A stretch of 64,000 nucleotides of DNA from Anaerohalosphaeraceae bacterium (GTDB lineage: Bacteria; Planctomycetota; Phycisphaerae; Sedimentisphaerales; Anaerohalosphaeraceae): NCBI GenBank assembly GCA_963675525.2, contig CAXXSL010000013.1, positions 416,001 to 480,000 of the forward strand. The letters are read 5' to 3'. Below the pieces are notes generated by a model, which worked only from the letters and a program-made list of their open reading frames with translations, made no database searches and had not been told where the DNA came from. Shown piece after piece: positions 18,574 to 28,394 of this stretch. Made by a program: the position numbers and the translations under genes. Positions within the stretch are counted from its first letter, which is position 1, and the number at the start of each line of letters is the position of its first letter.

Positions 18574-19563
18574 ATGACAGCTTTGAACGGAAGACAAAAA
18601 GCTGCCCTGCTCCTGACAAGTCTCGATGTAGCCACCGCGGCTGAGCTGATCAATGGGATTGACCCGGCTACATTAGAGGAGCTTTCTGTAGAAGTGGCCT
18701 ACATGGAAGCGTGTGGTCGAGGCGGAATCGAAGAGAAATTTGTTCTGGCACAGGAATTTTGTTCATCTCTAAACAAAAGCAGCTATCAGCCAAATGGGTT
18801 TTTGAACGAAATGCTCAAAAGTTCGCTTGGCGAAGAAAAGGCCCTGCATGTCCAGCAACAGGTGGAACAGTTGCTGCAGAAAAAAGACCCCTTTATTCCG
18901 ATTCGGGGCAAGAACCCTAAGATCCTTGCCGGTGTTCTTGAAAACGAGCATCCTCAGGCAGGCGTTATTCTTATTTCCGAGCTTTCTGAAAAGCTCGGAT
19001 CGGAAGTCCTGAGTCTGCTGAGTGAGACAAAACGTGTGCAAATCGTGGGTCGATTGGCTTCCAATCAGGTTGCTTCTCCGCAAATTAAGCAGCGAGTCGC
19101 TGAAACTCTTCTTCGCCGCATAACAGCCGTAACTCCGGCCGAAAACTCTCCGGAAGAAGTGAACCCTATTCGCAAAACAGCCGTTATTCTTCGGAATCTC
19201 AGCAAAGAAGTTCGAGACGGTCTGATCTTATCGATCGCCAAAAACGACAAGGCGATCGCCGATATGATCCTTAAAAACATGATTATTTGGGAAGATATCA
19301 GCATCGTAACAGACCGATCCCTTCAGGAGGCTTTGCGAGAAGCAGACGCTCCTCTGATGGCACTGGCCCTGCATGAGGCCGATGAAGCCATCATTCAAAA
19401 AGTCAAAGAAAATGTTTCTGAACGGATACGTGAAATGATCGACGAAGAGAGTGAACTGATGCCGAATCCGAAAAAAGAAGATATCGAAACAGCCCGTAAT
19501 ACAATCATCACTGCCCTGGAGAGTTTAAATAGTAAGGGTGAACTATCCTTTATTGATTCATAA
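18574..19563 (+). CDS. fliG: C-ring/switch protein (divergent)
   Basis: LNGRQKAALLL, EHPQ, DRSLQEALRE, position after fliF. Confidence 0.9.
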   Translation: MTALNGRQKAALLLTSLDVATAAELINGIDPATLEELSVEVAYMEACGRGGIEEKFVLAQEFCSSLNKSSYQPNGFLNEMLKSSLGEEKALHVQQQVEQLLQKKDPFIPIRGKNPKILAGVLENEHPQAGVILISELSEKLGSEVLSLLSETKRVQIVGRLASNQVASPQIKQRVAETLLRRITAVTPAENSPEEVNPIRKTAVILRNLSKEVRDGLILSIAKNDKAIADMILKNMIIWEDISIVTDRSLQEALREADAPLMALALHEADEAIIQKVKENVSERIREMIDEESELMPNPKKEDIETARNTIITALESLNSKGELSFIDS

Positions 19564-19567
19564 AAAT

Positions 19568-20122
19568 ATGATTTGTGTGCAATTGACAAAACCCATTAAG
19601 CATATCCAACTCATTGATGAACCCCTCGAGTGGGTCCTGGAGCAAACACTGGTACAGGCAGACCAGGCGGCAGCAGAAAGCCAAGAGGTGTTGACTCAGC
19701 AACAAAAACATCTTGAGCAATTATGCCAAACATTAGAAGCCGTAACCGAAAAACTGAATTCAAGCTGGGAAACGGAAGTTCGCAGCCACAAAGAACAAAT
19801 TGCTCGTCTCAGCGTCGAAATCGCTCGAAAGATCCTGGCCAAACAGGTCAACGAAGGAGATTATCAAATTGAGAATATCATTCAGCAAGCACTGAATGAC
19901 GTCCCTTCGGGTGAAGATATCCAGGTTCATCTGAGTCCCGCTGACTTTGAAATATGCAAACGGTTTTTTGAAGAAAATCCGGGTCATCTTCCGTCGAACT
20001 GCCAGTTTGCAGTTGACCCGAAAATTCAACAAGCAGAATGTCGAATCACATGCTCAAAAGGTATTGTAAACTCTATTATTCATGAACAGCTTGAACATAT
20101 AGCAGAATTATTAACTAAATAA
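19568..20122 (+). CDS. fliH: Export ATPase regulator
   Basis: LSVEIARKIL, VHLSPAD, DPKIQQAECRI; between fliG and fliI. Confidence 0.85.
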   Translation: MICVQLTKPIKHIQLIDEPLEWVLEQTLVQADQAAAESQEVLTQQQKHLEQLCQTLEAVTEKLNSSWETEVRSHKEQIARLSVEIARKILAKQVNEGDYQIENIIQQALNDVPSGEDIQVHLSPADFEICKRFFEENPGHLPSNCQFAVDPKIQQAECRITCSKGIVNSIIHEQLEHIAELLTK

Positions 20123-20135
20123 AAATGACGAACTC

Positions 20136-21506
20136 ATGTTAACACAAACGAAAAAATCGGCGATTAATTTCGACAAATTTCATTCCTTGCTGAACGATGC
20201 AAAACTACTGCATTGCCAGGGTTCCGTGGTTCGTCTGTCGGGATTGACCATTGAATCGAACGGTCCTTTGCTGGGACTGGGCGAAGTTTGCTGTATCCAC
20301 TTGCGGAACGGACAAACCGTCATGGCGGAAGTGGTCGGATTTCAAAACAAAAATCTGCTCCTGCTGCCGTTAGAATACATTAACGGTATATCGCCGGGAG
20401 ATGCCGTGACGCCCAAACAGTCTCCTCGATACATCTGCCTCGGTGACGAAATTCTCGGGAGAATTCTCAATGGACTCGGCGAACCGATCGATAATAAAGG
20501 CCCCCTAACCGGTACGGTCAAACGTCGACTCGACTCGCCATCGATACACCCGCTGGAACGAGCAAAAATATCGCAGCGGCTTTCCTTAGGCATTCGTTCG
20601 ATCGATGGACTGATGACCTGTGCCAAAGGACAGCGTCTGGGAATCTTCGCCGGCAGCGGGATCGGCAAAAGTGTACTGCTAGGCGATCTGGCCAACTCCA
20701 GTGAAGCGGACGTTAACGTCGTCGCACTGATCGGAGAACGCGGACGTGAGGTGAGAGAATTCATTGAGGAGAATCTTGGAACCGAGGGACTAGCCCGCAG
20801 TGTAGTCGTTGTTGCCACTTCGGATTCTCCTGCCATCCAGCGTATCAAAGCAGCGTTGGTTGCGGCCACAATTGCAGAATATTTTCGGGACATCGGACGC
20901 GATGTACTCTTTATGATGGACTCGTTAACCCGGTTCGCCCAGGCTCAGCGTGAGATCGGCCTGGCTGCCGGTGAACCGCCGGCCTCCAAAGGTTATTGCC
21001 CGAGTGTGTTTGCCATAATGCCCCGACTGATCGAACGGCTCGGTTGCAGTGACCAGGGAAGCATCACCGGACTGTTAACCGTGTTGGCTGAAGGCGATGA
21101 TCTGAATGATCCGGTGGCCGACAGTGCACGAAGTCTGCTAGACGGACACATTGTTTTGTCCAGAAAACTGGCCGACAGAGGGCATTATCCGGCCATCGAT
21201 ATTCTTCAAAGCATCAGCCGACTGATGCCTTCGGTTATTTCCAAAGAACACTTGACGGCAGCCCAAAAACTTAAGGAAATCTATGCCACATTCATGGATG
21301 CGGAAGATCTGATTAACATCGGCGCATTCTCGCCCGGAAGTAACCGTAAGATCGATAGTGCAATCACTTTAATAGATCGGATCCGGCAATTCCTAATCCA
21401 GCCCATTCGACAGAAGACTCTCTTCGACCAGACATTGAAGCAATTAATGGATATTATTCAGTCATGGGACACCAGTTTGTCGCAGGCAGGCAGGAATAAG
21501 AAATGA
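20136..21506 (+). CDS. fliI: Flagellar export ATPase
   Basis: GIFAGSGIGKS, LIGERGREV, MDSLTRFAQAQREIGLAAGEPP, LDGHIVLSR. Confidence 0.95.
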   Translation: MLTQTKKSAINFDKFHSLLNDAKLLHCQGSVVRLSGLTIESNGPLLGLGEVCCIHLRNGQTVMAEVVGFQNKNLLLLPLEYINGISPGDAVTPKQSPRYICLGDEILGRILNGLGEPIDNKGPLTGTVKRRLDSPSIHPLERAKISQRLSLGIRSIDGLMTCAKGQRLGIFAGSGIGKSVLLGDLANSSEADVNVVALIGERGREVREFIEENLGTEGLARSVVVVATSDSPAIQRIKAALVAATIAEYFRDIGRDVLFMMDSLTRFAQAQREIGLAAGEPPASKGYCPSVFAIMPRLIERLGCSDQGSITGLLTVLAEGDDLNDPVADSARSLLDGHIVLSRKLADRGHYPAIDILQSISRLMPSVISKEHLTAAQKLKEIYATFMDAEDLINIGAFSPGSNRKIDSAITLIDRIRQFLIQPIRQKTLFDQTLKQLMDIIQSWDTSLSQAGRNKK

Positions 21507-21979
21507 CACTTTTTCGCTGGCGATTAGATCGTGTTCTTGAAATAAAAATGAAAGAAGAAAAAGCCAAGCAGGCAGAACTGGCAGATATTATGTATCAATT
21601 GGCTCAAACACGTGTGCAATTGCTTCAGAAACAGCGAGTCCTTGCGGGGTTGCTGAATGAAATAAAAGCAAAACGCCCCAAAGACAAGCTCCGTTCTCAA
21701 CAGATATTTCTGGAGAGTTCAGAAGCTAACGATAACATGATTCGGCATATTCAAAAAAAGGTCAGTCAGTTCGAACAAGAGGAAGCCCGGCGGACCACAG
21801 AACTCATGGAAATCAAGGCGTCTATCAAAAAGCTCCAGAAGATTCGTCAAAAAGCCTATGACGTCTTCATCGCCGAACAGAACCGGCGCCAACAAAATGA
21901 GTTGGATGAAAATTTCGGACTTCGAATTATAAGAGGCCGTTCACAAAAGCTTATATCTGTCGTGAAAGGAGAACTATAA
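21503..21979 (+). CDS. fliJ: Export apparatus protein
   Basis: FRWRLDRVL N-terminus, coiled coil, QNELDE C-terminus; after fliI. Confidence 0.85.
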   Translation: MTLFRWRLDRVLEIKMKEEKAKQAELADIMYQLAQTRVQLLQKQRVLAGLLNEIKAKRPKDKLRSQQIFLESSEANDNMIRHIQKKVSQFEQEEARRTTELMEIKASIKKLQKIRQKAYDVFIAEQNRRQQNELDENFGLRIIRGRSQKLISVVKGEL

Positions 21980-21980
21980 C

Positions 21981-22673
21981 GTGAAAAAAAGATTATTAAT
22001 CATTGTTATTGTCGGCATTACCTGCTTTGCCGGCACATTCATAGCTGCACGGTTAACCCCAAAATCAGCGAGTGCAAACACCGCAGACTCCGAACAAAAT
22101 AGCACCGGGTTAATCCCAAATACGAGTATTCAGTTTGATTCCTCCCAGTCAATGGCTTCGCCAAAGCTCAGTATGGCCGAGAGCGAACTTCGAAGTCTGA
22201 TTTTTGACTTGCGCGAAAAAAGCAACGACTATGACCGAAAATTTGAAGAACTCGAAACAGATGCATTACAGACACAAACTCTGCGAGAACAGCTTTCCGA
22301 GGACATTGAGAAACTGCTTGAACTGCAAATTGAGCTGGCCGAAACGATCACATCCATCAAAACCGAGCAGAAACGATTGGAAGAAACCCGTATCCGAATC
22401 GGAGAGGAAGAGAAGCGAAATCTTGTGTCAATCGCAGCAACCTATGACAAAATGGAAGCGGCTGCCGCCAGTAAGATTCTGATTAATATGACACAGACCT
22501 CAAGCAGTGCGCCAGCCGCCATCGAAAGCATCGAAAACGCTATCAAGATCCTCTATTTCATGGGTGACCGAACGAAAGGCGAATTGCTGGCTGAAATGGC
22601 CAAAACCCAACCGCAGTTGGCGGCATTATTCACAAATAAACTAAAAGAAATATCAAATTCAACCGAAGGGTAA
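21981..22673 (+). CDS. MotE/FlbB/FlgY-like (MgtE_N-type) membrane-anchored flagellar protein
   Basis: N-terminal TM, coiled coil, ATYDKMEAAAASKIL and ILYFM...GELLAEM motifs; between fliJ and motA. Confidence 0.7.
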   Translation: MKKRLLIIVIVGITCFAGTFIAARLTPKSASANTADSEQNSTGLIPNTSIQFDSSQSMASPKLSMAESELRSLIFDLREKSNDYDRKFEELETDALQTQTLREQLSEDIEKLLELQIELAETITSIKTEQKRLEETRIRIGEEEKRNLVSIAATYDKMEAAAASKILINMTQTSSSAPAAIESIENAIKILYFMGDRTKGELLAEMAKTQPQLAALFTNKLKEISNSTEG

Positions 22674-22680
22674 ATTTTTC

Positions 22681-23454
22681 ATGGATATCACAACCATCGC
22701 GGGTATTCTTTTGGGGACGATGCTAATCGTCGGAGCCATTGCCACCGGTGCCGGCGGACTCAAAGTATTCATCAATCTTCCCTCACTGGCGATCACCATC
22801 GGGGGAATGATGTGTGCCACATTGATCCATTTTTCCCTAACACAGGTGCTTAGTATTTTTTCTATCTCCAAAAAAACATTGTTTACCAAGTTGCCCGAAG
22901 CCCAGGAACTGGTCCAGCAGCTTGTTGACTTCGCGACGATTAACCGGCGGGATGGTTCATTGGCCCTTGAACAGCAAATCGGCTCAGTTCACGATACGTT
23001 TCTGGCCGGTGGACTTCAGATGCTCATAGACGGTACGAAGCCTAACATCATCCGCGAGATCATGACGCTGGAAATACAGTATCTTCAGGAACGTCATGCC
23101 ATCGGCAAGAAAATCCTTGAATTTATGGGGGCAGCCGCTCCGGCGTTTGGTATGGTCGGAACGCTGATTGGGCTGGTACAGATGTTGTGCAATATGGAAG
23201 ACCCCAGCAGCATCGGGCAGGGAATGGCAACTGCCCTGCTGACAACCTTCTATGGGGCTTTTGCGGCCAATCTGCTGTTTATCCCGCTGGCGGGAAAACT
23301 GGGGATTTATTCGCAGGCAGAAGTGATTTCCAAAGAAATGATGATTGAGGGGATTTCAGCGATTGCAAACGGGGAAAGCCCCACCGCCGTCCGGGTCAAA
23401 ATGCATGCATTTGTCTCTCATAAACATCGCCAGAAAATCAAAACGAAAACATAA
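22681..23454 (+). CDS. motA: Stator A subunit (MotA/PomA/MotP type)
   Basis: RRDGSLALE, GLQMLIDG, APAFGMVGTLIGLVQML, MATALLTTFYG. Confidence 0.95.
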   Translation: MDITTIAGILLGTMLIVGAIATGAGGLKVFINLPSLAITIGGMMCATLIHFSLTQVLSIFSISKKTLFTKLPEAQELVQQLVDFATINRRDGSLALEQQIGSVHDTFLAGGLQMLIDGTKPNIIREIMTLEIQYLQERHAIGKKILEFMGAAAPAFGMVGTLIGLVQMLCNMEDPSSIGQGMATALLTTFYGAFAANLLFIPLAGKLGIYSQAEVISKEMMIEGISAIANGESPTAVRVKMHAFVSHKHRQKIKTKT

Positions 23455-24107
23455 TGGCCCCTAAAAAAAATGATGTTCAGGAAGAAGCTGCCGGCGCACC
23501 GGAATGGATGGTTACATTCAGTGACTGTATGACACTGCTGTTAACCTTTTTTGTGTTGCTGCTGAGCTTTTCATCGTTTGATAACAAGGATATTCACACC
23601 AGGCGAGATGCGTTTTCGGAAGCTTTTTCATCGGTGGATACCAGACCCAAAAAAATGGATGAGGCTTTCACAAACCGAGACGTCGTCTACCATCTCCGGC
23701 TCAAAACCGAGGGGGCGGAAAAACCTTCTTCCAACCCGAAAAATGACCAAAGCACCGAGGAATTGGATCCAATCGATTTTAAGGATAACAAAGTGTTTGT
23801 TTTCGATTCCGATTCCTTTTTCTATGGCGAGGGAGTGGTTCTTTCGAAAAACGGAAAAGCCCGCCTCAGGGATATTTTTGCAACCATGGGTATTGTTTCC
23901 AACCGTATCCTCATTTGTGAATATAGCTTTCGGCAGGATTCGCTGGGACCCGAGAGATCTTCGGCAATATATGACTATCTAACTCACTGTGGTATTGAGA
24001 AAAAAAGACTATGTATTTCCGTTTCCGGACTTTATCCGAAACAAAACCTTGTCAATAACGGCCGGATTGTCGAAATCGCGTTTTTAAATCAGGAAATCTT
24101 CAATTGA
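23454..24107 (+). CDS. motB: Stator B subunit 1
   Basis: GAPEWMVTFSDCMTLLLTFFVLLLS TM motif; degenerate OmpA-like domain ending NGRIVEI. Confidence 0.85.
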   Translation: MAPKKNDVQEEAAGAPEWMVTFSDCMTLLLTFFVLLLSFSSFDNKDIHTRRDAFSEAFSSVDTRPKKMDEAFTNRDVVYHLRLKTEGAEKPSSNPKNDQSTEELDPIDFKDNKVFVFDSDSFFYGEGVVLSKNGKARLRDIFATMGIVSNRILICEYSFRQDSLGPERSSAIYDYLTHCGIEKKRLCISVSGLYPKQNLVNNGRIVEIAFLNQEIFN

Positions 24108-24805
24108 GCAACTCATCAAGAAAATCTCAGGAGGGAGGCGCAAAGGTACCGGCCTATATCGTTACGTTTTCGGACATGGTTACCCTTCTTTTGACTTTTT
24201 TTGTGATGCTTTTAAGCCTGGCAAAAGTTCAGGATCCGGAATTGTTTAACCAAAGCCGTGATTCGTTTATTGAATCCATTGAAAAACTGGGCTTGGGAAC
24301 CCTTTTCGGACCGCATCCGAGCAGTCAATTTGAAAACGAAAAACAAAAATTCCAAACCGACTCTGAAGGAACCCCGCCGGGCAGAATGATCGACCCGGAA
24401 CAGGAACGCCTGCGTCAATCCATCAAAAATATGTCAGAACTCGTGAGAGATTCTCAGAATAACTCTGTTTACAGAAAGAATATTCTATCGACAGGGATTC
24501 TGTTTGATACAGGCAACTACCAACTGAATAACGCTAATAAGGCCTCTCTTGATGCCATCTCACAAAATCTCAGAAAATCAACCGGCCAAGTTTCTTTGTA
24601 TCTCATCGGTCTGCCGGATGACAACCAGACTGATATCGTCCTCGGTTCGCAACGAGCACAGGAGGCATCGCTGTATCTTAAGGATTCCCTTAATAGCCCG
24701 ACAATCAACATTGTGGCTATGGGGGTGGAGAATTCTTGGCTTACAACCATCAAAAATTCAAAGGGTTCGCATCTTTGGATTCTCATTTCCAACAGCGGCC
24801 CCTAA
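24104..24805 (+). CDS. motB: Stator B subunit 2
   Basis: VPAYIVTFSDMVTLLLTFFVMLLS TM motif; ILFDTG...LGSQRAQ degenerate OmpA-like domain. Confidence 0.85.
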   Translation: MSNSSRKSQEGGAKVPAYIVTFSDMVTLLLTFFVMLLSLAKVQDPELFNQSRDSFIESIEKLGLGTLFGPHPSSQFENEKQKFQTDSEGTPPGRMIDPEQERLRQSIKNMSELVRDSQNNSVYRKNILSTGILFDTGNYQLNNANKASLDAISQNLRKSTGQVSLYLIGLPDDNQTDIVLGSQRAQEASLYLKDSLNSPTINIVAMGVENSWLTTIKNSKGSHLWILISNSGP

Positions 24806-24965
24806 GAATAAAACCGCTTAAAAACTGGAGGATTTGGGCCTGCATTTGACATATTTTAGTTTTATTGTGTAGTGTGTACAATAATTCAACATTCAAAAAA
24901 CACGGTGTTATCGAAAAATGCTCTTCTCATTGTGTTTTTTGTCTTTTAATGAAATTATTCGTTAC

Positions 24966-24981
24966 AGGCACAATATTTGCT
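24966..24981 (+). promoter_or_regulatory. sigma54 -24/-12 promoter of fliOPQR-flhB
   Basis: AGGCAC-AATAT-TTGCT, GG-N10-GC, ~43 nt before ATG 25024. Confidence 0.75.
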
Positions 24982-25023
24982 TTTCTTTTATGTAAAAGCA
25001 ATCTATTCGGACATTGTGCGTTA

Positions 25024-25476
25024 ATGAATCAAGACAAGACTCAAAAGACACTATTATGGATATCGCTTCTGGCATTCCTAAGTCTGCCACTATTGGCAGG
25101 TCAGGTTGCTGGTGATACCGAAACCAATGATAACTACCTGCCGAAGAAAGATTCAATCTTAAGTAAACCGGATAATATCGGCAATAATTCCAATATCCTG
25201 ATTAAAACCACAAAAGCTGTTCTTTATGTCATAATCCTCGGTGCTTCTGCCCTTTACCTCACAAAAAAACTAGGACCTAAGCTTACTCAAACATCAAATC
25301 GGCGCATTCGAATCATTGAACAGACCTCAATTGGTGTCAGAAAAAGTCTGCATTTAGTCCAAATTGGTGACCAGACAGTCCTGCTTGGCAGTACACCCGA
25401 TCGAATCATCAAACTGTGCGACATCGCACAAACAAACGCATCAAACTGCGAAGAGGGCACAGGCTCAAAATTATGA
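25024..25476 (+). CDS. fliO: Flagellar export protein
   Basis: TM plus IRIIEQTSIGVRKSLHLVQIGDQTVLLG; before fliP. Confidence 0.85.
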   Translation: MNQDKTQKTLLWISLLAFLSLPLLAGQVAGDTETNDNYLPKKDSILSKPDNIGNNSNILIKTTKAVLYVIILGASALYLTKKLGPKLTQTSNRRIRIIEQTSIGVRKSLHLVQIGDQTVLLGSTPDRIIKLCDIAQTNASNCEEGTGSKL

Positions 25477-26258
25477 AGGGAAAACTGATTCTAATTCTGT
25501 TGGCGGTGCTTCTTTTGGGAGCCGTCTCTTTGGCGGAAAGCGAGTCGGCTCCGTCGAATAATACAATCCCATCGATTGGGGATCTGCTGAAAGTGGCTGA
25601 CAAAGCCACCACAAATGCGGAAGAAGGAAAAGACTGGTCCGCACCAATCAAACTCGTCATCGTCTTCACCGGGCTGGCACTTCTTCCGAGTCTGCTGGTA
25701 ATCACAACCTCCTTTACACGAATTGTTATTGTCATGAGTTTTGCCCGGCGAGCATTGGGAACCCAGAATATCCCCCCCACCATGGCCATTATTGGTTTGT
25801 CGCTGTTTTTAACATTGTTTACGATGGCGCCGACTTTTTCAAAAATTAATACAACAGCTGTCCAGCCCTATCTGCAGGAAACGCTGGCGTTTGAGGAAGC
25901 GTGGACCACCTCTTCGCAGGCACTGAAGGAATTTATGCTGTCCCAATGCCGAGAAAGCGCTCTCGGGCTGTTCCTGGAAATGGCCGATGTTCGCATGCCG
26001 GAAAATCCGTTTGATCTGGGTATGCATATTGTCATCCCGGCGTTTGTCATCAGCGAATTCCAAACCGCCTTTGAAATCGGGTGCCTGCTGTATATTCCGT
26101 TTCTTCTCATTGACCTGGTTATCGCCAATATCCTGCTCAGTGCCGGAATGATGATGATGCCGCCATCGATGATTTCAATGCCTTTTAAGCTGATTCTGTT
26201 CATTCTGGTGGATGGCTGGAGCATGTTGGCTAAAAATCTCTGTTTGGGATTTCAATAA
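25473..26258 (+). CDS. fliP: Export gate protein
   Basis: TSFTRIVIV, LFLTLFTMAP, PAFVISE, LYIPFLLIDLV, PFKLILFILVDGW. Confidence 0.97.
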   Translation: MKGKLILILLAVLLLGAVSLAESESAPSNNTIPSIGDLLKVADKATTNAEEGKDWSAPIKLVIVFTGLALLPSLLVITTSFTRIVIVMSFARRALGTQNIPPTMAIIGLSLFLTLFTMAPTFSKINTTAVQPYLQETLAFEEAWTTSSQALKEFMLSQCRESALGLFLEMADVRMPENPFDLGMHIVIPAFVISEFQTAFEIGCLLYIPFLLIDLVIANILLSAGMMMMPPSMISMPFKLILFILVDGWSMLAKNLCLGFQ

Positions 26259-26273
26259 TTTCGAGAGTCTTTT

Positions 26274-26543
26274 ATGGATAGCAGTTTTGTTTTGTATCTC
26301 GGTCGTCAAACACTGGAAACTTGCTTGTTGCTGTGCGCTCCGATCCTGGTTACATGTATTGTGGTCGGTATTCTCATTACACTGTTTCAGGCAGTAACCT
26401 CGATGAGGGACACAACGCTGTCAATCGTACCCAAGCTGCTGGCTGTAGGTATCGTCGCAATAATTTTCAGCGGCTGGATGCTGGAAGTCATCATTAAATT
26501 CACCGTTAATATCTTTTCTTATATTCAGACCATCGGACAGTGA
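26274..26543 (+). CDS. fliQ: Export gate protein
   Basis: FQAVTSMRDTTLSIVPK. Confidence 0.95.
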   Translation: MDSSFVLYLGRQTLETCLLLCAPILVTCIVVGILITLFQAVTSMRDTTLSIVPKLLAVGIVAIIFSGWMLEVIIKFTVNIFSYIQTIGQ

Positions 26544-27298
26544 CCATGAGTGACATGATCGCCCTCTTATTGCCTTTTGTCCTTGTGCTGACCCGTCTGT
26601 CGGCGTTCATGATTATTCTCCCGGTATTCGGATGGCCCAGCCTTCCGGTACGGATTAAGGTCAGCATTGTGTTTATTACGAGTCTGTTCATCTGTGGTGT
26701 TACATCGATTGGTCCAATCCCATCGCAGGTCAAAGACTTTCAGGCAATCATCACGCTGATCAATGAAGCGATTTTCGGAGCCGCTCTCGGGATCACGATC
26801 AGCATTCTGTTTCAGGCCGTCAAAGTCGCTGCAGGCATTATCGAACAGCAGATCGGCCTGACAAGCGCAGAGATATTCGACCCCTTCACCGGGGACAGCG
26901 GGCAACCATTGGGAAGTCTGCTCGAAATAATTTTTCTATTAATGTTTCTGGCGGCCAACGGGCATCATGCCTTTTTAAGGATTATCCATAGAAGTTATAA
27001 AATCCTGCCCGCCGGGTCACCGATAGACATCGCCGGTATAACCGAGGCCGTCATCCGAAGCGGAGCAGAAATGTTTACGGCCGCCCTTCAAATATCCGGA
27101 CCTATTCTTGCCGCTTTTTTAGTCATTTTATGCTTATTTGCGGTTTTCGCCCGAATTGTTCCCGAAATGAATATTCTCTTTATCAGTATGCCTGTCAGAG
27201 TTGGTGTCGGCATGATTCTGGTCACTTTGTTTTTGCCGTTTCTTGAAACTTTTGTCTCTAAATTTGCTGAAATTATCGTTGAATTACTGCCGATTTAG
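26540..27298 (+). CDS. fliR: Export gate protein
   Basis: LPVFG..LPVRIK, GHHAFL, ARIVPEMNILFISMP. Confidence 0.95.
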   Translation: MTMSDMIALLLPFVLVLTRLSAFMIILPVFGWPSLPVRIKVSIVFITSLFICGVTSIGPIPSQVKDFQAIITLINEAIFGAALGITISILFQAVKVAAGIIEQQIGLTSAEIFDPFTGDSGQPLGSLLEIIFLLMFLAANGHHAFLRIIHRSYKILPAGSPIDIAGITEAVIRSGAEMFTAALQISGPILAAFLVILCLFAVFARIVPEMNILFISMPVRVGVGMILVTLFLPFLETFVSKFAEIIVELLPI

Positions 27299-27310
27299 AG
27301 AGGATTCTGA

Positions 27311-28387
27311 ATGCCTGATAAACCTGCATCCGAAAAAACTGAACAACCTACTCCACGACGTCTTCAAAAGGCTCGGGAAGAGGGACAAGTTGCACAAAGC
27401 CAGGAGTTGCCGTCAACACTGTCAATTGCGGCACTGGTGATCGCGCTGGCTATTGGGGCGCCCGCCTTATGCAACTGGTTTATGGTATTAATGAAGGAGG
27501 GATTCTCCTGTGACACCGTTTGCCTAGTTGATACAACGACCTTCAGAAATTTTTTTGATGAAAAAATCGCTCAATCACTGACGATTCTGTGTCCGATCCT
27601 CGGGGCCCTGGCGGCAGGTTCTGTTTTTGCCTCACTCATTGTCAGCGGCGCCAATTTTGCCCCGAAGGCACTCATGCCTAAATTCGATGCCATTAATCCT
27701 GCTAAAGGATTCGAAAAACTATTTGATTTTCGCTCGGTGGTTAAACTGCTGCTGTCGATCGCAAAAATTATTGTGGTTTCACTGATTGCATGGTTTTATA
27801 TCAAAGGGCGACTGGCTGAATTAAGTACCCTGCACTGGGTAACATCGTCACAATATGTCGGACTGGTCGGAGGAATCCTGCTGGGACTGCTAATTCGAAT
27901 CACTCTGTCTCTGTTGGTCATTGCAACGATTGACGTTATTTATCAGAAGTTCAAGCATCTTGACCAATTAAAAATGACCAAACAGGAAGTGAAGCGAGAA
28001 ATGAAAGATACCGACGGCTCGCCTGAGGTTAAGATCAGAATCCGCCGAATTGCACTGGAAATGACGCGAAAACGGATGATGCAGGAAATCCCGAAGGCCA
28101 CAATGGTCATCGTTAACCCGACCCACGTGGCCGTCGCACTAAAATATGACCCCAAAACAATGAATTCACCGGTGGTCGTCGCGAAAGGCACTGAACATGT
28201 CGCTGCCAAAATTCGGGAAATTGCCAGAGCTTACGGCGTCCCCATCGTTCGCAGACCTCAATTGGCCAGAACCCTGTACTCCACCGTTAAAATCGGAAAT
28301 CCTATCCCTTCAAATATCTATGTTGCAGTCGCTGAGATTCTTGCTATGATATACCGGCTGAAGCAGAAAAAACGGGTGATAGGATAA
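27311..28387 (+). CDS. flhB: Export substrate-specificity switch protein
   Basis: EKTEQPTPRRLQKAREEGQ, LKMTKQEVKRE, NPTH autocleavage motif. Confidence 0.97.
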   Translation: MPDKPASEKTEQPTPRRLQKAREEGQVAQSQELPSTLSIAALVIALAIGAPALCNWFMVLMKEGFSCDTVCLVDTTTFRNFFDEKIAQSLTILCPILGALAAGSVFASLIVSGANFAPKALMPKFDAINPAKGFEKLFDFRSVVKLLLSIAKIIVVSLIAWFYIKGRLAELSTLHWVTSSQYVGLVGGILLGLLIRITLSLLVIATIDVIYQKFKHLDQLKMTKQEVKREMKDTDGSPEVKIRIRRIALEMTRKRMMQEIPKATMVIVNPTHVAVALKYDPKTMNSPVVVAKGTEHVAAKIREIARAYGVPIVRRPQLARTLYSTVKIGNPIPSNIYVAVAEILAMIYRLKQKKRVIG

Positions 28388-28394
28388 GGTCGCG

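Noticed and set aside
24865..25023. N-terminal extension of FliO
   Set aside because: Contains the sigma54 promoter; ATG 25024 gives a normal-sized FliO.
17056..28387. Non-flagellar (injectisome) type III secretion system suggested by two FlhA-like genes
   Set aside because: Rod, hook, P/L rings, stators and flagellin are all present, and there is no secretin, needle or translocon gene.
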